Source: Eledone cirrhosa
Taxonomy: Eukaryota
Direction: 5' to 3'
DNA length: 64,000 nt
Assembly (NCBI GenBank): GCA_964016885.1
Contig: OZ024745.1
Coordinates: 29,078,001-29,142,000, forward strand
Numbering within the stretch: the stretch's first letter is position 1; the number at the start of each line of letters is the position of its first letter. The notes beneath the pieces are model-generated. The model saw only the letters and a program-made list of their open reading frames with translations, was not told the origin of the DNA and did no database searches. This document shows, in pieces, positions 50,301 to 64,000 of the stretch. The translations under genes and the position numbers were made by a program.

Positions 50301-53300
50301 ATATAAACTATAGTAACATCTATATAAACTATAGTAACTTCTATATAAACTATGCTAACTTCTATATAAACTATACTAACATCTATATAAACTATAGTAA
50401 CTTCTATATAAACTATAGTAACTTCTATATAAACTATGCTAACTTCTATATAAACTATAGTAACTTCTATATAAACTATAGTAACTTGTATATAGACTAT
50501 GCTAACTTCTATATAAACTATAGTAACATCTATATAAACTATAGTAACTTCTATATAAACTACGTTAACTTCTATATAATCTATAGTAACTGCTACATGA
50601 ACTATAGTAACATCTATATAAACTATAGTAACTTCTATATAAACTATGCTAACTTCTATATAAACTATAGTAACTGCTATATAAACTATAGTAACTTCTA
50701 TATAAACTATGCTAACTTCTATATAAACTATAGTAACTGCTATATAAATTATAGTAACTTCTATATAAACTATAGTAACTTCTATATAAACTATAGTAAC
50801 ATCTATATAAACTATGCTAACTTCCATCTAAACTATAGTAACTACTCTATAAACTATAGTAACATCTATATAAACTATAGTAACTTCTATATAAACTATA
50901 GTAACTTCTATATAAACTATAGTAACTTCTATATAAACTATAGTAACTTCTATATAAACTATAGTAACATCTATATAAACTATGCTAACTTCCATATAAA
51001 CTATAGTAACTGCTATATAAACTATAGTAATTTCTATATAAACTATAGTAACTGCTATATAAACTATAGTAACTTCTATATAAACTATGCTAACTTCTAT
51101 ATAAACTATAGTAACTGCTATATAAATTATAGTAACTTCTATATAAACTATAGTAACTTCTATATAAACTATAGTAACATCTATATAAACTATGCTAACT
51201 TCCATCTAAACTATAGTAACTACTCTATAAACTATAGTAACATCTATATAAACTATAGTAACTTCTATATAAACTATAGTAACTTCTATATAAACTATAG
51301 TAACTTCTATATAAACTATAGTAACTTCTATATAAACTATAGTAACTGCTATATAAATTATGGTAACTTCTATATAAATTATAGTAACTGCTATATAAAC
51401 TATGCTAACTGCTATATAAACTATAGTAACTGCTATATAAATTATGGTAACTTCTATATAAACTATAGTAACTGCTATATAAACTATGCTAACTGCTATA
51501 TAAACTATAGTAACTTCTATATAAACTATGCTAACTGCTATATAAACTATAGTAACTTCTATATAAACTATGCTAACTTCTATATAAACTATAGTAACTG
51601 CTATATAAACTATGCTAACTTCTATATAAACTATAGTAACTGCTATATAAATTATGGTAACTTCTATATAAACTATGGTAACTTCTATATAAACTATAGT
51701 AACTTCTATATAAACTATAGTAACTTCTATATAAACTATGCTAACTTCTATATAAAGTATAGTAACATCTATATAAACTATAGTAACATCTATATAAACT
51801 ATAGTAACTTCTATATAAACTATGCTAACTTCTATATAAACTATGGTAACTTCTATATAAACTATGCTAACTTCTATATAAACTATAGTAACTGCTATAT
51901 AAACTATAGTAACTGCTATATAAACTATAGTAACTTCTATATAAACTGTGGTAACATCTATATAAACTATAGTAACTTCTATATAAACTATAGTAACATC
52001 TATATAAATTATAGTAACTTCTATATAAACTATGCTAACTTCTATATAAACTATCGTAACTGCTATATAAACTATAGTAACTTCTATATAAACTATGGTA
52101 ACTTCTATATAAACTATAGTAACATCTATATAAACTATAGTAACTTCTATATAAACTATGCTAACTTCTATATAAACTATAGTAACTGCTATATAAACTA
52201 TAGTAACTTCCATATAAACTATGCTAACTTCTATATAAACTATAGTAACTGCTATATAAACTATAGTAACTTCTATATAAACTATAGTAACTTCTATATA
52301 AACTATAGTAACTTCTATATAAACTATAGTAACTGCTATATAAACTATAGTAACTTCTATATAAACTATGCTAACTTCTATATAAACTATAGTAACATCT
52401 ATATAAACTATAGTAACTTCTATATAAACTATAGTAACTTCTATATAAACTATAGTAACTTCTATATAAACTATAGTAACATCTATATAAACTATGCTAA
52501 CTGCTATATAAACTATAGTAACTTCTATATAAACTATAGTAACATCTATATAAACTATAGTAACTTCTATATAAACTATAGTAACATCTATATAAACTAT
52601 AGTAACTTCTATATAAACTATAGTAACTTCTATATAAACTATAGTAACTTCTATATAAACTACAGTAACTTCTATATAAACTATAGTAACTGCTATATAA
52701 ACTATAGTAACATCTATATAAACTATAGTAACTTCTATATAAACTATAGTAACTTCTATATAAACTATAGTAACTTCTATATAAACTATAGTAACATCTA
52801 TATAAACTATAGTAACTTCTATATAAACTATAGTAACTTCTATATGAACTATAGTAACTTCTATATAAACTACAGTAACTTCTATATAAATTATAGTAAC
52901 TGCTATATAAACTATAGTAACTTCTATATAAACTATAGTAACTGCTATATAAACTATGGTAACTTCTATATAAACTATGCTAACTTCTCTATAAACTATA
53001 GTAACTGCTATATAAACTATAGTAACTTCTATTTAAACTATGCTAACTGCGATATAAACTATAGTAACTTCTATATAAACTATAGTAACTTCTATATAAA
53101 CTATAGTAACTGCTATATAAACTATAGTAACTGCTATATAAACTATAGTAACTGCTATATAAACTATAGTAACTTCTATATAAACTATAGTAACTTCTAT
53201 ATAAACTATAGTAACTGCTATATAAACTATAGTAACTGCTATATAAACTATAGTAACTTCTATATAAACTATAGTCACTTCTATATAAACTATGCTAACT

Positions 53301-56300
53301 TCTATATAAACTATGGTAACTTCTATATAAACTATGCTAACTTCTATATAAACTATAGTAACATCTATATAAACTATAGTAACTGCTATATAAACTATAG
53401 TAACTTCTTTATAAACTATAGTAACTGCAATATAAACTATAGTAACTTCTATATAAACTATAGTAACTGCAAGATAAACTATAGTAACTGCTATATAAAC
53501 TATAGTAACTGCTATATAAACTATAGTAACATCTATATAAACTATAGTAACTTCTATATAAACTATAGTAACTTCTATATAAACTATAGTAACATCTATA
53601 TAAACTATAGTAACTTCTATATAAACTATAGTAACTTCTATATAAACTATAGTAACTTCTATATAAACTACAGTAACTTCTATATAAACTATAGTAACTT
53701 CTATATAAACTATAGTAGCTTCTATATAAACTATAGTAACTTCTGTATAAACTACAGTAACTTCTATATATAAACTATAGTAACTGCCATATAAACTATA
53801 GTAACTGCTATATAAACTATAGTAACTTCTATATAAACTGTAGTAACTTCTATATAAACTACAGTAACTTCTATATAAACTATAGTAACTTCTATATAAA
53901 CTATAGTAGCTTCTATATAAACTATAGTAACTTCTATATAAACTACAGTAACTTCTATATCAACTATGCTAACTGCTATATAAACTATAGTAACTTCTAT
54001 ATAAACTATAGTAACTTCTATATAAACTATAGTAACTTCTGTATAAACTACAGTAACTTCTATTTAAACTATGCTAACTGCGATATAAACTATAGTAACT
54101 GCTATAAAAACTATAGTAACATCTATATAAACTATAGTAACTTCTATATAAACTATAGTAACTTCTATTTAAACTATGCTAACTGCGATATAAACTATAG
54201 TAACTTCTATATAAACTATAGTAACTTCTATATAAACTATGCTAACATCTATATAAACTATAGTAACTTCTATATAAACTATAGTAACTTCTATATAAAC
54301 TATGCTAACTTCTATATAAACTATGCTAACTTCTATATAAACTATAGTAACATCTATATAAACTATAGTAACTTCTATATAAACTATAGTAACTTCTATA
54401 TAAACTATAGTAACTTCTATATAAACTACAGTAACTTCTATATAAACTATAGTAACTTCTATATAAACTATAGTAGCTTCTATATAAACTATAGTAACTT
54501 CTATATAAACTACAGTAACTTCTATATCAACTATGCTAACTGCTATATAAACTATAGTAACTTCTATATAAACTATAGTAACTGCTATATAAACTATAGT
54601 AACTTCTATATAAACTATAGTAGCTTCTATATAAACTGTAGTAACTTCTATATAAACTACAGTAACTTCTATATAAACTATAGTAACTTCTATATAAACT
54701 ATAGTAACTTCTATATAAATTATAGTAACTGCTATATAAACTATAGTAACTTCTATATAAACTATAGTAACTGCTAAATAAACTATGGTAACTTCTATAT
54801 AAACTATGCTAACTTCTCTATAAACTATAGTAACTGCTATATAAACTATAGTAACTTCTATTTAAACTATGCTAACTGCGATATAAACTATAGTAACTTC
54901 TATATAAACTATAGTAACTTCTATATAAACTATGCTAACTTCTCTATAAACTATAGTAACTGCTATATAAACTATAGTAACTTCTCTATAAACTATAGTA
55001 ACTTCTGTATAAACTACAGTAACTTCTATTTAAACTATGCTAACTGCAATATAAACTATAGTAACTGCTATATAAACTATAGTAACTTCTATATAAACTA
55101 TAGTAACATCTATATAAACTATAGTAACTGCTATATAAACTATAGTAACATCTATATAAACTATAGTAACTTCTATATAAACTACAGTAACTTCTATATA
55201 AACTATAGTAACTGCTATATAAACTATAGTAACATCTATATAAACTATAGTAACTTCTATATAAACTATAGTAACTTCTATATAAACTATAGTAACTTCT
55301 ATATAAACTATAGTAACATCTATATAAACTATAGTAACTTCTATATAAACTATAGTAACTTCTATATAAACTATAGTAACTTCTATATAAACTACAGTAA
55401 CTTCTATATAAACTATAGTAACTTCTATATAAACTATAGTAGCTTCTATATAAACTATAGTAACTTCTATATAAACTACAGTAACTTCTATATCAACTAT
55501 GCTAACTGCTATATAAACTATAGTAACTTCTATATAAACTATAGTAACTGCTATATAAACTATAGTAACTTCTATATAAACTATAGTAACTGCTATATAA
55601 ACTATAGTAACTTCTATATAAACTATAGTAACTTCTATATAAACTATAGTAACTTCTATATAAACTACAGTAACTTCTATATAAACTATAGTAACTTCTA
55701 TATAAACTATAGTAGCTTCTATATAAACTATAGTAACTTCTATATAAACTACAGTAACTTCTATATCAACTATGCTAACTGCTATATAAACTATGCTAAC
55801 ATCTATATAAACTATAGTAACTTCTCTATAAACTATAGTAACTTCTGTATAAACTACAGTAACTTCTATTTAAACTATGCTAACTGCGATATAAACTATA
55901 GTAACTGCTATATAAACTATAGTAACATCTATATAAACTATAGTAACTTCTATATAAACTATGCTAACATCTATATAAACTATGGTAACTTCTATATAAA
56001 CTATGCTAACTTCTATATAAACTATAGTAACTTCTATACAAACTATGCTAACTTCTATATAAACTATAGTAACATCTATATAAACTATAGTAACTTCTAT
56101 ATAAACTATGCTAACTTCTATATAAACTATACTAACATCTATATAAACTATAGTAACTTCTATATAAACTATAGTAACTTCTATATAAACTATACTAACT
56201 TCTATATAAACTATAGTAACTTCTATATAAACTATAGTAACTTGTATATAGACTATGCTAACTTCTATATAAACTATAGTAACATCTATATAAACTATAG

Positions 56301-59300
56301 TAACTTCTATATAAACTACGTTAACTTCTATATAATCTATAGTAACTGCTACATGAACTATAGTAACATCTATATAAACTATAGTAACTTCTATATAAAC
56401 TATGCTAACTTCTATATAAACTATAGTAACTGCTATATAAACTATAGTAACTTCTATATAAACTATGCTAACTTCTATATAAACTATAGTAACTGCTATA
56501 TAAATTATAGTAACTTCTATATAAACTATAGTAACTTCTATATAAACTATAGTAACATCTATATAAACTATGCTAACTTCCATCTAAACTATAGTAACTA
56601 CTCTATAAACTATAGTAACATCTATATAAACTATAGTAACTTCTATATAAACTATAGTAACTTCTATATAAACTATAGTAACTTCTATATAAACTATAGT
56701 AACTTCTATATAAACTATAGTAACATCTATATAAACTATGCTAACTTCCATATAAACTATAGTAACTGCTATATAAACTATAGTAATTTCTATATAAACT
56801 ATAGTAACTGCTATATAAACTATAGTAACTTCTATATAAACTATAGTAACTGCTATATAAACAATATTAACTGCTATATAAACTATAGTAACTTCTATAT
56901 AAACTATAGTAACTGCTATATAAACTATAGTAACTGCCATATAAACTATAGTAACTTCTATATAAACTATACTAACTGCTATATAAACTATAGTAACTGC
57001 TATATAAACTATCGTAACTTCTATATAAACTATAGTAACTGCTATATAAACTATAGTAACTGCTATAGAAACTATAGTAACATCTATATAAACTATAGTA
57101 ACTTCTATATAAACTATAGTAACTGCTATATAAACTATAGTAACATCTATACAAACTATAGTAACTGCTATATAAACTATAGTAACTGCTATATAAACTA
57201 TAGTAACTGCTATATAAACTATAGTAACTTCTATATAAACTATAGTAACTTCTATATAAACTATAGTAACTGCTATATAGACTAAAGTAACATCTATATA
57301 AACTATGCTAACTTCTATATAAACTATAGTAACATCTCTATAAACTATAGTAACTTCTATATAAACTATAGTAACTTCTATATAAACTATAGTAACTTCT
57401 ATATAAACTATGCTAACTTCTATATAAACTATAGTAACATCTATATAAACTATAGTAACTTCTATATAAACTATGCTAACTTCTATATAAACTATAGTAA
57501 CTGCTATATAAACTATAATAACTTCTATATAAACTATGCTAACTTCTATATAAACTATAGTAACTGCTACATGAACTATAGTAACTTCTATATAAACTAT
57601 AGTAACTGCAAGATAAACTATAGTAACTGCTATATAAACTATAGTAACATCTATATAAACTATAGTAACTGCTATATAAACTATAGTCACTTCTATATAA
57701 ACTATAGTAACTGCAAGATAAACTATAGTAACTGCTATATAAACTATGGTAACTTCTATATAAACTATAGTAACTTCTATATAAACTATAGTAACTTCTA
57801 TATAAACTATAGTAACTGCAAGATAAACTATAGTAACTGCTATATAAACTATGGTAACTTCTATATAAACTATAGTAACTGCTATATAAACTATAGTAAC
57901 TGCTATATAAACTATAGTAACTGCTATATAAACTATAGTAACTTCTATATAAACTATAGTAACTTCTATATAAACTATAGTAACTGCTATATAAACTATA
58001 GTAACTTCTATATAAACTATGCTAACTTCTATATAAACTATAATCACTTCTATATAAACTATGCTAACTTCTATATAAACTATGGTAACTTCTATATAAA
58101 CTATGCTAACTTCTATATAAACTATAGTAACATCTATATAAACTATAGTAACTGCTATATAAACTATAGTAACTTCTTTATAAACTATAGTAACTGCTAT
58201 ATAAACTATAGTAACTTCTATATAGACTATAGTAACTGCAAGATAAACTATAGTAACTTCTATATAAACTATAGTAACTGCTATATAACCTATAGTAACT
58301 TCTATATAAACTACAGTAACTTCTATATAAACTATAGTAACTGCTATATAAACTATAGTAACTTCTATATACACTATAGTAACTTCTATATAAACTATGC
58401 TAACTGCTAGATAAACTATAGTAACTGCTATATAAACTATAGTAACTTCTATATAGACTATAGTAAATGCTATATAAACTACAGTAACTTCTATATAAAC
58501 TATGCTAACTGCTATATAAACTATAGTAACTGCTATATAAACTATAGTAACTTCTATATAAACTATAGTAACTGCAAGATAAACTATAGTAACTGCTATA
58601 TAAACTATAGTAACATCTATATAAACTATAGTTACTGCTATATAAACTATAGTCACTGCTATATAAACTATAGTAACTGCAAGATAAACTATAGTAACTG
58701 CTATATAAACTATGGTAACTTCTATATAAACTATAGTAACATCTATATAAACTATAGTTACTGCTATATAAACTATAGTACCTTCTATATAAACTATAGT
58801 AACTGCTATATAAACTATAGTCACTTCTATATAAACTATAGTAACTGCAAGATAAACTATAGCAACTGCTATATAAACTATGGTAACTTCTATATAAACT
58901 ATAGTAACTGCTATATAAACTATAGTAACTTCTATATAAACTATAGTAACTGCTATATAAACTATAGTAACTGCTATATGAACTATAGTAACATCTATAT
59001 AAACTATAGTAACTACTATATAAACTATAGTAACTTCTATATAAACTATAGTAACATCTATATAAATTATAGTAACTACTATATAAACTATAGTAACTGC
59101 AAGATAAACTATAGCAACTGCTATATAAACTATGGTAACTTCTATATAAACTATAGTAACTGCTATATAAACTATAGTAACTTCTATATAAACAATAGTA
59201 ACTTCTATATAAACTATAGTAACTGCTATATAAACTATAGTAACATCTATATAAACTATAGTAACTGCTATATAAACTATAGTAACTTCTATATAAACTA

Positions 59301-62300
59301 TAGTAACTGCTATATAAACTATAGTAACTTCTATATAAACTATAGTAACTGCTATATAAACTATAGTAACTGCTATATAAACTATAGTAACATCTATATA
59401 AACTATAGTAACTACTATATAAACTATAGTAACTTCTATATAAACTATAGTAGCTTCTATATAAACTATAGTAACTTCTATATAAACTATGGTAACTGCA
59501 ATATAAACTATGGTAACATCTATATAAACTATGCTAACTTCTATATAAACTAAAGTAACATCTATATAAACTTTAGTAACTTCTATATAAACTATAGTAA
59601 CATCTATATAAACTATAGTAACTGCTATATAAACTATGGTAACTGCAATATAAACTATACTAACTTCTATATAAACTATAGTAGATTCTATATAAACTAT
59701 AGTAACTTCTATATAAACTATAGTAACATCTATATAAACTATAGTAACTGTTATATAAACTATGCTAACTTCTATATAAACTATAGTAACATCTATATAA
59801 ACTATGCTAACTTCTATATAAACTATAGTAACTTCTATATAAACTATAGTAACTGCTATATAAACTATGGTAACTTCTATATAAACTATGCTAACTTCTA
59901 TATAAACTATAGTAAGTGCTATATAAACTATAGTAACTTCTATATAAACTATAGTAACTTCTATATAAACTATGCTAACTTCTATATAAACTATAGTAAC
60001 TTCTATATAAACTATAGTAACTGCTATATAAACTATGTTAACTTCTATATAAACTATGCTAACTTCTATATAAACTATAGTAACTTCTATATAAACTATA
60101 GTAACATCTATATAAACTATAGTAACTTCTATATAAACTATGGTAACTTCTATATAAACTATAGTAACTTCTATATAAACTATAGTAACTTCTATATAAA
60201 CTATAGTAACTTCTATATAAACTATAGTAACTTCTATATAAACTATAGTAACTTCTATATAAACTATAGTAACATCTATATAAACTATAGTAACTTCTAT
60301 ATAAACTATGGTAACTTCTATATAAACTATGCTCACTTCTATATAAACTATAGTAACTTCTATATAAACTATGCTCACTTCTATATAAACTATAGTAACT
60401 TCTATATAAACTATAGTAACTTCTATATAAACTATAGTAACTGCTATATAAACTATAGTAACTGCTATATAAACTATAGTAACTTCTATATAAACTATAG
60501 TAACTTCTTTATAAACTATGGTAACTTCTATATAAACTATAGTAACTTCTATATAAGCTATAGTAACTTCTATATAAACTATGGTAACTTCTATATAAAC
60601 TATGCTAACTTCTATATAAACTATGCTAACTTCTATATAAACTATAGGAACTTCTATATAAACTATAGTAACATCTATATAAACTATGCTAACTTCTATA
60701 TAAACTATGCTAACTTCTATATAAACTATGCTAACTTCTATATAAACTATGCTAACCTCTATATAAACTATGGTAACTTCTATATAAACTATGCTAACTT
60801 CTATATAAACTATAGTAACTTCTATATAAACTATAGTAACTACTATATAAACTATAGTAACTTCTATATAAACTACAGTAACTTCTATATAAACTATGCT
60901 AACTGCTATATAAACTATAGTAACTGCTATATAAACTATAGTAGCTGCTATATAAACTATAGTAACTTCTATATAAACTATAGTAACTGCTATATATACT
61001 ATAGTAACTTCTATATAAACTATGCTAACTGCTATATAAACTATAGTAACTGCTATATAAACTATAGTAACTTCTATATAAACTATGCTAACTTCTATAT
61101 AAACTATGGTAACTTCTATATAAACTATGCTAACTTCTATATAAACTATAGTAACATCTATATAAACTATAGTAACTGCTATATAAATTATGGTAACTTC
61201 TATATAAACGATGGTAACTTCTATATAAACTATGCTAACTTCTATATAAACTATAGTAACTGCTATATAAACTATAGTAACTGCTATATAAACTATAGTA
61301 ACTTCTATATAAACTATAGTAACTTCTATATAAACTATAGTAACTGCTATATAAACTATAGTAACTGCTATATAAACTATAGTAACTGCTATATAAACTA
61401 TGGTAACTTCTATATAAACTATGCTAAGTTCTATATAAACTATAGTAACATCTATATAAACTATAGTAACTGCTATATAAACTATAGTAACTTCTATATA
61501 AACTATAGTAACTTCTATATAATCTATAGTAACATCTATATAAACTATAGTAACTTCTATATAAACTATGGTAACTTCTATATAAAATATAGTAACTTCT
61601 ATATAAACTATAGTAACTTCTATATAAATTATAGTAACTTCTATATAAACTATAGTAACTTCTATATAAACTATAGTAACATCTATATAAACTATAGTAA
61701 CTTCTATATAAACTATGGTAACTTCTATATAAACTATGCTCACTTCTATATAAACTATAGTAACTTCTATATAAACTATGGTAACTTCTATATAAACTAT
61801 AGTAACTTCTATATAAACTATGGTAACTTCTATATAAACTATGCTAACTGCTATATAAACTATAGTAACTGCTATATAAACTATAGTAACTTCTATATAA
61901 ACTATAGTAACTTCTATATAAACTATGCTCACTTCTATATAAACTATAGTAACTTCTATATAAACTATGGTAACTTCTATATAAACTATAGTAACTTCTA
62001 TATAAACTATAGTAACTTCTATATAAACTATAGTAACTTCTATATAAACTAGGGTAACTTCTATATAAACTATGCTAACTGCTATATAAACTATAGTAAC
62101 TGCTATATAAACTATAGTAACTTCTATATAAACTATAGTAACTTCTATATAAACTATGCTAACTTCTATATAAACTATGGTAACTTCTATATAAACTATG
62201 GTAACTTCTATATAAACTATGCTAACTTCTATATAAACTATAGTAACATCTATATAAACTATAGTAACTTCTATATAAACTATGGTAACTGCAATATAAA

Positions 62301-64000
62301 CTATGGTAACATCTATATAAACTATGCTAACTTCTATATAAACTAAAGTAACATCTATATAAACTTTAGTAACTTCTATATAAACTATAGTAACATCTAT
62401 ATAAACTATAGTAACTGCTATATAAACTATGGTAACTGCAATATAAACTATACTAACTTCTATATAAACTATAGTAGCTTCTATATAAACTATAGTAACT
62501 TCTATATAAACTATAGTAACTGTTATATAAACTATGTTAACATCTATATAAACTATGCTAACTTCTATATAAGCTAAAGTAACATCTATATAAACTTTAG
62601 AAACTTCTATATAAACTATAGTAACATCTATATAAACTATAGTAACTGTTATATAAACTATGCTAACTTCTATATAAACTATAGTAACATCTATATAAAC
62701 TATAGTAACTGCTATATAAACTATAGTAATTTCTATATAAACTATAGTATCTTCTATATAAACTATGCTAACTTCTATATAAACTATAGTAACTTCTATA
62801 TAAACTATAGTAACTGCTATATAAACTATGGTAACTTCTATATAAACTATGCTAACTTCTATATAAACTATAGTAACTTCTATATAAACTATAGTAACAT
62901 CTATATAAACTATAGTAACTTCTATATAAACTATGGTAACTTCTATATAAACTATAGTAAGTTCTATATAAACTATAGTAACTTCTATATAAACTATAGT
63001 AACTTCTATATAAACTATAGTAACTTCTATATAAACTATAGTAACTTCTATATAAACTATAGTAACATCTATATAAACTATAGTAACTTCTATATAAACT
63101 ATGGTAACTTCTATATAAACTATGCTCACTTCTATATAAACTATAGTAACTTCTATATAAACTATGGTAACTTCTATATAAACTATAGTAACTTCTATAT
63201 AAACTATAGTAACTGCTATATAAACTATAGTAACTGCTATATAAACTATAGTAACTTCTATATAAACTATAGTAACTTCTTTATAAACTATGGTAACTTC
63301 TATATAAACTATAGTAACTTCTATATAAGCTATAGTAACTTCTATATAAACTATGGTAACTTCTATATAAACTATGCTAACTTCTATATAAACTATGCTA
63401 ACTTCTATATAAACTATGGTAACTTCTATATAAACTATGCTAACTTCTATATAAACTATAGTAACTTCTATATAAACTATAGTAACTACTATATAAACTA
63501 TAGTAACTTCTATATAAACTACAGTAACTTCTATATAAACTATGCTAACTGCTATATAACCTATAGTAACTGCTATATAAACTATAGTAGCTGCTATATA
63601 AACTATAGTAACTTCTATATAAACTATAGTAACTGCTATATATACTATAGTAACTTCTATATAAACTATGCTAACTGCTATATAAACTATAGTAACTGCT
63701 ATATAAACTATAGTAACTTCTATATAAACTATAGTAACTGCAAGATAAACTATAGTAAGTGCTATATAAACTATAGTAACTTCTATATAAACTATAGTAA
63801 CTTCTATATAAACTATAGTAACTGCTATATAAACTATAGTAACTGCTATATAAACTATAGTAACTTCTATATAAACTATAGTAACTTCTATATAAACTAT
63901 GCTAACTTCTATATAAACTATGGTAACTTCTATATAAACTATGCTAACTTCTATATAAACTATAGTAACATCTATATAAACTATAGTAACTGCTATATAA
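44334..64000. repeat. 21-bp satellite, consensus TATATAAACTATAGTAACTTC; ~935 units in the window, continuing past the window end
   Basis: Uninterrupted tandem array. Main variants are AGT/GCT/GGT at unit positions 13-15 and TTC/TGC/ATC at positions 19-21. Confidence 0.98.

Noticed and set aside
44244-63129. Giant ORFs (709-2181 aa) as protein-coding genes, or the array as a CRISPR
   Set aside because: They are direct translations of a 21-bp tandem unit that lacks stops in one frame per strand. There are no unique spacers or cas genes, and the context is a eukaryotic intron.

Overview
Eukaryotic, AT-rich, microsatellite- and repeat-dense genomic DNA. The SINE and LINE content suggests a cephalopod (octopus-like); this is inferred, not verified by a search. 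The backbone is a + strand folliculin-interacting protein gene (FNIP1/2-like). Thirteen GT-AG exons between 8691 and 43270 splice into one continuous frame covering the longin-like N-terminal region, the middle DENN region and the start of the disordered linker. The first exon and the C-terminal exons were not found in the window. The introns hold two young RTE-type LINE copies with a PHD-like C4HC3 finger after the RT, older RTE and Tx1/L1 relics, a head-to-head pair of Penelope-like GIY-YIG fragments joined by a 68-bp fold-back, at least one well-formed minimal hammerhead ribozyme, an internally deleted DD37D (maT) transposon, several MITE families, many SINEs and several long palindromes. 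The last ~19.7 kb (44334-64000, running off the window) is an intronic 21-bp satellite with a variant-repeat code and a ~5.8-kb higher-order duplication. Its very long ORFs follow from the repeat unit and are probably not genes.
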